This document shows positions 1 to 10,239 of a stretch of DNA of 64,000 nucleotides, piece by piece. The notes below the pieces were generated by a model. It searched no databases, was not told the DNA's origin, and saw only the letters and a list, made by a program, of their open reading frames with translations. A program made the translations under genes and the position numbers. Source of the DNA: Alphaproteobacteria bacterium (GTDB lineage Bacteria > Pseudomonadota > Alphaproteobacteria > CALKHQ01). The stretch is taken from the NCBI GenBank assembly GCA_965227515.1, contig CBDDFZ010000001.1:2080001-2144000 (forward strand), in the 5' to 3' direction. Position 1 is the stretch's first letter, and every line of letters begins with the position of its first letter.

Positions 1-3000
1 ACACGCTGACCGGCGGCGCCACCGACACCTTCGAGATCGTCGGCGACGAGCTGCGCCTGAAGACGGGCGCCAGCCTCGACTACGAGACCGCCACGTCTCA
101 TCCGGTGACGGTGACCGTCGACGACGGCAACGGCAACACCTATCAGGAGGCGTTCACCGTCAACGTCACCGACGTCAACGACAACGCCCAGGTCTTCACC
201 TCCGGCAGCTCGGCCAGCGCGGCGGAGAACGTCAGCGACAGCGCGGTGATCTACACCGCCACGACGACGGATGTGGACACCACCGGCGAGGCGATCACCT
301 ACAGCCTGGTAGACGACGCCGGCGGCCTGTTCGAGATCGACGCCTCGACCGGTGAGGTGACCCTCGCCACCGGCCAGTCCCTCGACTACGAGACCGCGAC
401 CTCGCACTCGATCACCGTCCGCTCGACCGACGGCACCAACTCGACCGACCAGGCGGTCACCATCAACGTCACCGATGTCAACGACACCGCGGCGACGGAT
501 ATGGATCTGTCGGCGAACAGCATCGCCGAGGACGCGGCCGGCGGTACCGTGGTCGGTACCTTGAGCGCGACCGATGCCGATACCGGCAACGTGTTCACCT
601 ACACGCTCACCGGCGGCGCCACCGACACCTTCGAGATCGTCGGCGACGAGTTGCGCCTGAAGACCGGTGCGTCATTGGATTATGAGACCGCCACGTCTCA
701 TCCGGTGACGGTGACCGTCGACGACGGCAACGGCAACACCTATCAGGAAGCGTTCACCGTCAACGTCACCGACGTCAACGACAACGCCCAGGTGTTTACA
801 TCCGGCAGTTCGGCCAGCGCGGCGGAGAACGTCAGCGACAGCGCGGTCATCTACACCGCGACCACGACGGACGTGGACACCACCGGCGAGGCGATCACCT
901 ACAGCCTCGTCGACGACGCCGGCGGGCTGTTCGAGATCGACGCCTCTACCGGTGAGGTGACCCTCGCCACCGGCCAGTCGCTCGACTACGAGACCGCGAC
1001 CTCGCACAACATCACCGTCCGCTCGACCGACGGCACCAACTCGACCGACCAGGCGGTCACCATCAACGTCACCGATGTCAACGACACCGCGGCGACGGAT
1101 ATGGACCTGTCGGCGAACAGCATCGCCGAGGACGCGGCGGGCGGTACCGTGGTCGGTACGCTCAGTGCGACCGACGCCGACACCGGCAATGTGTTCACCT
1201 ACACGCTGACCGGCGGCGCCACCGACACCTTCGAGATCGTCGGCGACGAGCTGCGCCTGAAGACCGGCGCCAGCCTCGACTACGAGACCGCGACCTCGCA
1301 CCCGGTGACGGTGACCGTCGACGACGGCAACGGCAACACCTATCAGGAAGCGTTCACCGTCAACGTCACCGATGTCAACGACAACGCCCAGGTGTTTACA
1401 TCAGGCAGCTCGGCCAGAGCGGCTGAGAACGTCAGCGACAGCGCGGTGATCTACACCGCGACCACGACGGACGTGGACACCACCGGCGAGGCGATCACCT
1501 ACAGCCTGGTCGACGACGCCGGTGGGCTGTTCGAGATCGACGCCTCCACCGGTGAGGTGACCCTCGCCACCGGCCAGTCGCTGGACTACGAGACCGCGAC
1601 CTCGCACTCGATCACCGTCCGCTCCACCGACGGCACCAACTCGACCGACCAGGCGGTCACCATCAACGTCACCGATGTCAACGACACCGCGGCGACGGAT
1701 ATGGACCTCAGCGCCAACAGCATCGCCGAGGATGCGGCCGGCGGAACTGTCGTGGGCACGCTCTCCGCGACCGACGCCGACAGCGGCAACGTGTTCACCT
1801 ACACGCTGACCGGCGGGGCCACCGACACCTTCGAGATCGTCGGCGACGAGCTCAGGCTGAAGACCGGTGCCAGCCTCGACTACGAGACCGCCACGTCCCA
1901 TCCGGTGACGGTGACCGTCGACGACGGCAACGGCAACACCTACCAGGAGGCGTTCACCGTCAACGTCACCGACGTCAACGACAACGCCCAGGTGTTTACA
2001 TCGGGGTCGAGCGCGTCGGCGGCCGAGAACGTGAGTGACTCGGCGGTCATCTACACCGCGACCACGACGGACGTCGACACCACGGGTGAGGCGATCACCT
2101 ATTCGCTGTGGATGACGCAGGCGGGCTGTTCGAGATCGATGCCTCCACCGGCGAGGTCACGCTGGCCACCGGCCAGTCGCTCGACTACGAGACCGCGACC
2201 TCGCACTCGATCACCGTCCGCTCGACCGACGGCACCAACTCGACCGACCAGGCGGTCACCATCAACGTCACCGATGTCAACGACACCGCGGCGACGGATA
2301 TGGATCTGTCGGCGAACAGCATCGCCGAGGACGCGGCCGGCGGTACCGTGGTCGGTACCTTGAGCGCGACCGATGCCGATACCGGCAACGTGTTCACCTA
2401 CACGCTCACCGGCGGCGCCACCGACACCTTCGAGATCGTCGGCGACGAGCTGCGCCTGAAGACCGGCGCCAGCCTCGACTACGAGACCGCGACCTCGCAC
2501 CCGGTGACGGTGACCGTCGATGACGGCAACGGCAACACCTACCAGGAGGCGTTCACCGTCAACGTCACCGACGTCAACGACAACGCCCAGGTGTTCACCT
2601 CGGGGTCGAGCGCGTCGGCGGCCGAGAGTGTCGCGGACACTGCGGTTCTGTATACGGCTACGACCACCGATGTGGACACCACCGGCGAGGCGATCACCTA
2701 CAGCCTGGTCGACGATGCCGGCGGGCTGTTCGAGATCGATGCCTCGACCGGCGAGGTCACCTTGGCCACCGGCCAGTCCCTCGACTACGAGACCGCGACC
2801 TCGCACAACATCACCGTCCGCTCGACCGACGGCACCAACAGCACCGACCAGGCGGTCACCATCAACGTCACCGATGTCAACGACACCGCGGCGACGGATA
2901 TGGACCTCAGCGCCAACAGCATTGCCGAGGATGCGGCCGGCGGTACCGTGGTCGGCACGCTCAGTGCGACCGACGCCGACAGCGGCAACGTGTTCACCTA

Positions 3001-4075
3001 CACGCTGACCGGCGGCGCCACCGACACCTTCGAGATCGTCGGCGACGAGTTGCGCCTGAAGACCGGCGCGTCATTGGATTATGAGACCGCGACCTCGCAC
3101 CCGGTGACGGTGACCGTCGACGACGGCAACGGCAACACCTACCAGGAGGCGTTCACCGTCAACGTCACCGATGTCAACGACAACGCCCAGGTGTTTACAT
3201 CGGGGTCGAGCGCGTCGGCGGCCGAGAACGTGAGTGACTCGGCGGTCATCTACACCGCGACCACGACGGACGTCGACACCACGGGTGAGGCGATCACCTA
3301 TTCGCTGGTGGATGACGCAGGCGGGCTGTTCGAGATCGATGCCTCCACCGGCGAGGTCACGCTGGCCACCGGCCAGTCGCTCGACTACGAGACCGCGACC
3401 TCGCACTCGATCACCGTCCGCTCGACCGACGGCACCAACTCGACCGACCAGGCGGTCACCATCAACGTCACCGATGTCAACGACACCGCGGCGACGGATA
3501 TGGATCTGTCGGCGAACAGCATCGCCGAGGACGCGGCCGGCGGTACCGTGGTCGGTACCTTGAGCGCGACCGATGCCGACAGCGGCAATGTGTTCACCTA
3601 CACGCTCACCGGCGGGGCCACCGACACCTTCGAGATCGTCGGCGACGAGCTGCGCCTGAAGACCGGCGCGTCATTGGATTATGAGACGGCGACCTCGCAC
3701 CCGGTGACGGTGACCGTCGACGACGGCAACGGCAACACCTATCAGGAAGCGTTCACCGTCAACGTCACCGATGTCAACGACAACGCCCAGGTGTTTACAT
3801 CCGGCAGTTCGGCCAGCGCGGCGGAGAACGTCAGCGACAGCGCGGTCATCTACACCGCGACCACGACGGATGTGGACACCACCGGCGAGGCGATCACCTA
3901 CAGCCTCGTCGACGACGCCGGCGGGCTGTTCGAGATCGATGCCTCGACGGGTGAGGTGACCCTCGCCACCGGCCAGTCGCTCGACTACGAGACGGCCACC
4001 TCGCACAACATCACCGTCCGCTCGACCGACGGCACCAACTCGACCGACCAGGCGGTCACCATCAACGTCACCGAT
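1..4075 (+). repeat. Tandem 600-bp intragenic repeat (two cadherin domains, 200 aa per unit), about 6.8 units visible
   Basis: Near-identical sequence recurs at a 600-bp period (e.g. ACACGCTGACCGGCGGCGCC-like at 1, 601, 1201, 1801, then ~2400, ~3000, ~3600 after the 1-bp loss). Confidence 0.97.
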
Positions 4076-6388
4076 GCGAATGACGCGCCGTCAGATCTCG
4101 CGCTGACTGAGACCGGTGGCATTGCGCTCAATACCGACGGCGGCAACAACGCCTATCTCTACGCGACCGATAGTGGCGACCTACTCGGCGGGCTCACCGA
4201 GGCCACGGTAGAAGTCGCATTTCAGTCGAACAACGCGTCCAACAGCACGTTCATCCCCCTGTTTTCCTACCACGCAGGTGGCTCCAGCGACGAATTCACT
4301 GTCGTGATCGACACGGACGATCAGCGATTTGATATCGAGGTCGGCGAACAGACGATCTACGCCACGGGCTACGATCCGAACGTATTGCTCGATGGAAAGG
4401 AGCACCAAGTCTCCTTCACCTGGGACAACACGTCAGGCGACTGGGCGATCTACGTCGACGGTACTTCGGTTCTCAATGGCACCGGCTTGGCGACTGGGCA
4501 CACCATTGCAAGTGGCGGTACCATCGTTCTGGGACAGGAGCAGGACAGCAACGCTGGCAGTTTCGACACCACGCAGGTGTTCGACGGCACGATATACGAC
4601 GTGCGTATCTTCAACGACGCGCGGACGGCGCAGGAAATCAGCGACAATGCGTTCGGGCAGGTCGATGCAAGCGAGAGCGGGCTGGTAGCCGACTGGCGGA
4701 TGGACGATCTGTCCGGCGGCGTCACAACGGATGCCGTTTCCGGCCATAACCTTTCTGTCGGCAACGTGACCGGCACAGGCTGGGTGGCGAGCACGCCGAG
4801 CCTGGTAACCGGTCTGATCGAAGGTGCGGCCAACGGCCATCTGGTCGGCCAAGTATCGGCCAGCGACCAGGATGCGGGCGAGACCTTCACCTACAGCCTG
4901 GTCGATGACGCCGATGGCCTGTTCGCCATCGATGCGACAACCGGCGAGATCACGATCGCCGACAACTCGCGGGTCGACTACGACCAGGAGCAGAGCCATC
5001 AATTCACGGTTCAAGTCACCGACAGCGGCGGTGCCAGTTACCAGGAAACCTATTCGCTGTCAGTGCAGGACGACGGCGCCGAGAGTACATCGGACTCGTA
5101 CGAGGCCGCGGTGATGGGCCATGATCCAGTGGCCTATCTGCGGCTGGATGCGGCGGCCGACGGTGTGGTGGCTGACGGCGGGGGCTACGGCGACACCGCC
5201 GCCGACGAGACCGGCAACCACAACGGCACCTACAATGGCGGCACCGACCCAGAGAGCGACGGCCCCTTCAACAACATCTCGACCGGGTCGACCGAATTCG
5301 ACGGCGACAACGAGTATGTGCAGATTGCCCACTCGTCCGATTTTGAACTATCGAGTGGAACAATCCAGCTGTGGTTCAACTCGGACGATGTCGGCAGCCA
5401 GAAAAAACAACTAGTTCACAAAGAAGGTGTGGATGATCTTCAAATCTTCATTGAGAACGGAAAAATTACGGCAGGATTTGGTGGCGATAAAGTAGAGTAT
5501 ACGGGTGTAACCGCTGGCTCATGGTATCACATGTCATTTTCGTGGGGAGCAAGCGGACTGCAGTTGTACATAGATGGCGACTTGAAAGACACCAAATCTA
5601 GCTCAAAAAACCTCGCCGACACCGATGAGGATCTGTTCATCGGAATGAAATCTACTGGCAATGAATACTTCGACGGCAGCATTGCCGAGTTTGCGGTATT
5701 CGAAAGTCAGCTGTCTGAGGCCGAAATCGATGCCATCATAGATGCCGGGGTCAACGGCTATGAGGTCGGCACGGGTACCGCCGGCAACGATGTCCTGACC
5801 GGCGGCGGCGCGGATGAGCAGTTCTACGGCGAGGCCGGTGACGATTCGGTCGCCGCCGGCGCGGGTGTCGATACCGTTTATGCCGGCGAGGGCGACGACA
5901 GCGTCGCCGGCGATGCGGGCGACGACACCGTCTATGGCGGTGATGGTGCCGACACCATTTCCGGTGGCGACGGCAACGACCTGCTGCACGGCGGGGCCGG
6001 CAATGACACGATCACCGGCGACGCAGGAAACGACATCATCCATGGCGGTTCCGGCGATGACGCGATGTGGGGCGGTCTTGGCAACGACACCCTGATCGGC
6101 GGTACGGGCGACGACACGCTCTACGGCGAGGCCGGCGACGACCTGTTCATCATGGAGGCCGGCGGCGGCAACGACGTGGTGACGGGCGGCACCGGCACCA
6201 ACTGGATCGAGGTGCAGGACGTTGCGCAGGCGCCGAACACCGGCGACTGGACCTACACCCTGACCAACGGGTCCGTCACCAACACCGGTGGCGACTACGT
6301 CGAGTTCACGGCGGGAGCCGATGGCTATGTCGAGCTGACCGACGGCACGACGATGACGTTCACCGACATCGACCGCATCGAGTGGTAG
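1..6388 (+). CDS. Giant cadherin-repeat/LamG/RTX adhesin (T1SS substrate); 5' end outside the window; 1-bp frameshift at ~2108
   Basis: Open frame from position 3 encodes cadherin-like repeats (LDYE, TDVND, ATDAD motifs) and continues in the 2108..6388 frame. After the repeats come a pentraxin/LamG domain (IVLGQEQDS), one more cadherin, a second LamG domain, GGxGxD RTX nonapeptides (~5770-6200) and a C-terminal T1SS-type tail (FTDIDRIEW). Confidence 0.9.
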
Positions 6389-6401
6389 CCGGGTAGGTCG
6401 G

Positions 6402-7592
6402 CTACGGGGCCGGCGCGAACACGTCCTGCGGATGCGCCACGCCCTTCAGCGCGAAGCTGCCGACGTGGCGCATGGGCAGGGTGCAGGTGGCGGCGAAGTC
6501 GGCCGAAACCAGCAGGGCCTCGCCTGTTGCGGCGCACAGGCCCTCCACCCGCGCGGCCAGGTTCACCGCCGGGCCGATAACCGTGAAGTCGAGCCGGGTC
6601 TCCGAGCCGATGTTGCCGTACATCGCATCGCCGATATGCAGCCCGATGCCATAGTCGATTTCTGCCAGCCCGCGGGCACGCCGGGTCGCGTTCACCTTGC
6701 CGAGTTCGCTGGCGGCCAGTTCGGCGGCAGCCAGGGCACGGGCGCACGTCTGCGCGGCGGCGGCCGGTTCCCGGATCGGAAAGATCGCCAGCATCGCGTC
6801 GCCGATGAACTTCAACACTTCGCCGCCATGGCGCTCCACCGCCGAACACATGACGCCGAAATAGTCGTTCAGCAGGGCGAGCAGCGCGTCGCGATCCAGG
6901 GCCTCGTTCAGCGCCGTGAAGCCGCGCAGGTCGCAGATCCAGATCGCGGCGTTGATGGTCTCGCCCATCCCCCGGCGCACCGCACCGGCCAGGACCCGCG
7001 CGCCGGCGTCGGGGCCGACATAAGTGCGCAGCAGCGTTGCGGCGGTGCGCTGCAGCGTCTGCACCTCCAGCACCATCGCCATCGCCGGCATGATCGATTC
7101 CAGCGCGGCCAGGTCATCATCGTCGAACCCACCCGGCGACCTGGTGGCGAAGGTCACGACCTTGATAGTGCCGTCGGAGAAGGGCGCCCCCAATGCCACG
7201 TAGTCCGACAGGCCCATCGCGCGCAGGTCCGCCAGCACGGCAAACTCGCCGGGCTGCGGCGGCGCGGTCAGGCGACAGCGCACAGGCCCTTTGCCCTGGT
7301 AGACCAGATTCGGCGGGCTCTCCGTGAAGCTTCTCAGGTCCCGTTCCTCGGCAAAGTACGACCGGGTGACGAAGGGCGCGTCGCGTCGCCACTCGCCGCT
7401 CGACGATGCGACCTGTGGGTGGAGGATCGGGATGCCGGTGGTGATCCGGTCGACGACGATGCCTGTTGCCTGCAATCGGTCGCCCAGACCGCGCAACAGG
7501 GCCTCGGTGTCCAAGGCACGGGTCTCGCTGCGCATCAGCCAATCGACAAGCGGTGCGCTGCGCCGGTATCCCGTTCCGCCAGTATTGGGCAT
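6402..7592 (-). CDS. Class III adenylate/guanylate cyclase with an N-terminal GAF-like region
   Basis: Motifs CDLRGFT, KFIGDAML, GIGLHIG and DFTVIGPAVNLAARV; the K and D specificity residues point to ATP. Confidence 0.9.
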   Translation of the reverse strand: MPNTGGTGYRRSAPLVDWLMRSETRALDTEALLRGLGDRLQATGIVVDRITTGIPILHPQVASSSGEWRRDAPFVTRSYFAEERDLRSFTESPPNLVYQGKGPVRCRLTAPPQPGEFAVLADLRAMGLSDYVALGAPFSDGTIKVVTFATRSPGGFDDDDLAALESIMPAMAMVLEVQTLQRTAATLLRTYVGPDAGARVLAGAVRRGMGETINAAIWICDLRGFTALNEALDRDALLALLNDYFGVMCSAVERHGGEVLKFIGDAMLAIFPIREPAAAAQTCARALAAAELAASELGKVNATRRARGLAEIDYGIGLHIGDAMYGNIGSETRLDFTVIGPAVNLAARVEGLCAATGEALLVSADFAATCTLPMRHVGSFALKGVAHPQDVFAPAP

Positions 7593-7790
7593 CGCTGGTT
7601 GCCGCTGTCAGAGGATCGCAAGGGTCATGTTGGCGGTATCGGGTGCTTCCGGCAATGGCGCGCTTTCGCCAGCTTGCCGAATTGGCGCGCAGGACTTATC
7701 TCATGTTAAGGACGCGGATTCGTTCGTGGGGGGCGTTGAGGCGGCCTCGCAATGGGGTCGCGGTCCTGCATACCTGAGCCGAGGGCACTG

Positions 7791-8384
7791 ATGAGCCATG
7801 GCCGCACGATAATCGAGGAGCTGGACCGGCTGGGCCGGATCACGCGCGCCGTGCAATTCTGCGGCGGCCTCAATCCGGCACAGTGGGAGGCGTTGCGTTT
7901 CCTGGCGCGGGCCAACAAGTACTCGCGGACCGCCGGCGCATTGGCCGATTTCCTGGGTGCTACCAAGGGCACCGTTTCGCAAACCGTCTCCGCGCTGGAA
8001 GAAAAAGGCCTGATTGCGCGTGTACGCAGCAAGGTCGACCGACGGATCGTCGAGTTGCACCTGTCCGATGCCGGCGCCGAACTGATCGCCAACGACCCGC
8101 TGCTGCCGCTCGTGAAGCTGGCGGAAAGCCTGCCCGCCGCGATGTGCGACGAACTTCGCCGCATGCTGCTGGATCTCTCGACCGCCATCCAGGCGCAGCA
8201 GCATATGAAATGCTTCGGTGTGTGCTGGCAGTGCCAGCGGTTCGTCCCCATCGAGCCAAGCGACGGTGCGACGCCAAGTTGCGGCCTAACCGGCGAGTCG
8301 ATGTCGGACGCGGAGACACGCAAGATCTGCATCAACTATCTGGATGAGGACCGCGGCGCGGCCCCCAAGACGACCCAGGCTTGA
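7791..8384 (+). CDS. MarR-family regulator with a Cys-rich C-terminal extension
   Basis: Winged HTH (LNPAQWEALRFL...TKGTVSQTVSALEEKGLI...DRRIVELHLS); C-terminus CFGVCWQC...C...C. Start placed at ATG 7791 after GAGGG. Confidence 0.85.
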   Translation: MSHGRTIIEELDRLGRITRAVQFCGGLNPAQWEALRFLARANKYSRTAGALADFLGATKGTVSQTVSALEEKGLIARVRSKVDRRIVELHLSDAGAELIANDPLLPLVKLAESLPAAMCDELRRMLLDLSTAIQAQQHMKCFGVCWQCQRFVPIEPSDGATPSCGLTGESMSDAETRKICINYLDEDRGAAPKTTQA

Positions 8385-8448
8385 GCTGGCGCCCACAGGC
8401 TTGCGGTGCGTGCTTGACGGCGATGTGGCCGGCTGGCATGCCCTGGCC

Positions 8449-9255
8449 ATGAGCGACGATCCGCCCGACACGCTGTACTCCCCGTTCCCGTGCGCCCCGT
8501 GTGCGCCGGCCGATCCGATTCCGCTGCCGCGCCCTGAATGGGCCTATTTCCTCGACTTCGACGGCACGCTGGTGGAACTGGCGCCGACGCCCGAGGGCGT
8601 GACGGTGACGCCGGCGTTGCGCGCTCTCCTCGACGGGCTCACCCAGGCAACGAACGGGGCCGTTGCCGTGGTCAGCGGGCGGGCGATTGCCGACGTGGAC
8701 AAGTTCCTGGCACCGCTGCGCATGCCGGCAGCCGGCCTGCACGGCGTCGAGTTCCGGGTTCACGGCGCGGTCGAGGACATCGCGTCGGCCATTACGACCG
8801 GTGTCGAACAGGCGTTGGACCGGGTGCGTCGTTGTCTTGCCGACCTCGCCGCGGCGGAGCCGGGCATCCGCCTGGAAGACAAGGGCGGTGCCATCGCCGT
8901 GCATTACCGCGCCGTGCCTGCGGCGGCCGAGCGTGTGCGCGAGACGGTCGAGGCAGCGGTCGACGGCACGCCCGACCTGCACATCCAGCACGGCAAGAAG
9001 GTGTTCGAGATCAAGCCGTCCGACACCCACAAGGGCGAGGCGGTGGAGCGCTTTCTCCGCGAGCAACCGTTTGCCGGCCGGCGACCGGTCTTTGTCGGCG
9101 ACGACACCACCGACGAGGACGGCTTCGCCGCGGTGAACGCGCACGGCGGGCTTTCGGTCAAGGTCGGCGAGGCGGGGGAGACCTTGGCGGGCGCGACCTT
9201 GCCGGACGTCGCGGCCGTTCACCGCTGGCTGGCGTCGATGTTGCAGCCGGGCTAG
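8449..9255 (+). CDS. otsB: Trehalose-6-phosphate phosphatase
   Basis: HAD motifs FLDFDGTL, VSGR, AGLHG, GKKVFEIKP, KGEA and GDDTTDEDGF; otsA lies nearby. Confidence 0.92.
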   Translation: MSDDPPDTLYSPFPCAPCAPADPIPLPRPEWAYFLDFDGTLVELAPTPEGVTVTPALRALLDGLTQATNGAVAVVSGRAIADVDKFLAPLRMPAAGLHGVEFRVHGAVEDIASAITTGVEQALDRVRRCLADLAAAEPGIRLEDKGGAIAVHYRAVPAAAERVRETVEAAVDGTPDLHIQHGKKVFEIKPSDTHKGEAVERFLREQPFAGRRPVFVGDDTTDEDGFAAVNAHGGLSVKVGEAGETLAGATLPDVAAVHRWLASMLQPG

Positions 9256-9297
9256 TCTGACCCCAAACAACAGCCTGCAATTTGGGGAGGGATCGGC

Positions 9298-10089
9298 GTG
9301 ATCTCGGCAGCGCAGCGCGAGTTCTGGGATGAGAACGGCTACCTGATTGTCGAGGGTGTGCTCTCGCAACCCCGCCTGGAAGCGGTGCGCGCGGCGCTGG
9401 AGGCGCGGTTCGCCGAAGAAGGCGACGCGGCCGGCAGCGAGGGCTCGGACAATCCTGGCGTTCGCCGCCTGTGCAACCTGTTCTCCAAGGGCCAGGTGTT
9501 CGAGGAGCTGGGCACCGAGCCGATCGCGCTTGAGATGGCCCACATGGTCATTGGCGACGACATTCGCTGGCAGGCGATGAATTTCCACGACCCGCTGCCG
9601 CACGATCCGCGCTGCCACCAGACCATCCACGCCGACCGGGCCTTCTTCCCGATGGCGGCGGCCTACCTGAACGTGATCTGGGTGCTGGACGACATGACCG
9701 CCGAGAACGGCGCCACCCGCCTGGTGCCCGGCTCCCACAAGCGACCATGGCCGCTGGACCTGGACGACCCGAAGGCGCCGGTGCCCGGCGAGATTTTCGC
9801 CGAATGTCCCGCCGGATCGGTGGTCTTCGTCCATGGCGACACATGGCATGGCGGCCGCGCAAACTACACTGACAGCCTGCGCCGGGCGATCCACATGGGC
9901 TTCGCCTGCCCGGCAACGCCGCCGCAATACGAGCTCGGCGGCGCGATCAGCGACGAGACCCGCAACAGGCTCGGCGCGCACGCCGCGCTGATCCCGAAGA
10001 CGCTGGCCGAGTTCGGTCTGGAGCAGACCACGCAGGGCCACAGCATCGACAGCATTCTGGTCGTCAAAGGGGCATTCGCCCGCCACTGA
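9298..10089 (+). CDS. Phytanoyl-CoA dioxygenase (PhyH)-family Fe(II)/2-oxoglutarate dioxygenase
   Basis: ENGYL, HxD (IHAD), LDDMTAENGATRLVPGSH and distal WHG; GTG start after GGAGG. Confidence 0.88.
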   Translation: MISAAQREFWDENGYLIVEGVLSQPRLEAVRAALEARFAEEGDAAGSEGSDNPGVRRLCNLFSKGQVFEELGTEPIALEMAHMVIGDDIRWQAMNFHDPLPHDPRCHQTIHADRAFFPMAAAYLNVIWVLDDMTAENGATRLVPGSHKRPWPLDLDDPKAPVPGEIFAECPAGSVVFVHGDTWHGGRANYTDSLRRAIHMGFACPATPPQYELGGAISDETRNRLGAHAALIPKTLAEFGLEQTTQGHSIDSILVVKGAFARH

Positions 10090-10239
10090 GGTTTCTCGCC
10101 GCGGGACGCGCGGGAACCAATCAACATCTACAGGGTTGAAGATACGGGGCCGTCGCTTCGCCCCGGGCATCGGCTCAGCCGGTGCCCGCCGGCGGGCACG
10201 CGACGATCGGACGTCTGTCCATTTCAAGTAGAGGACCAA

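Noticed and set aside
386-3597. Six near-identical 70-aa minus-strand ORFs (MNTLP...)
   Set aside because: Antisense shadows of the adhesin repeat.
1-4075. Regular repeats as a CRISPR array or non-coding satellite
   Set aside because: The units are 600 bp, in frame, lack unique spacers and encode cadherin domains; no cas genes are present.
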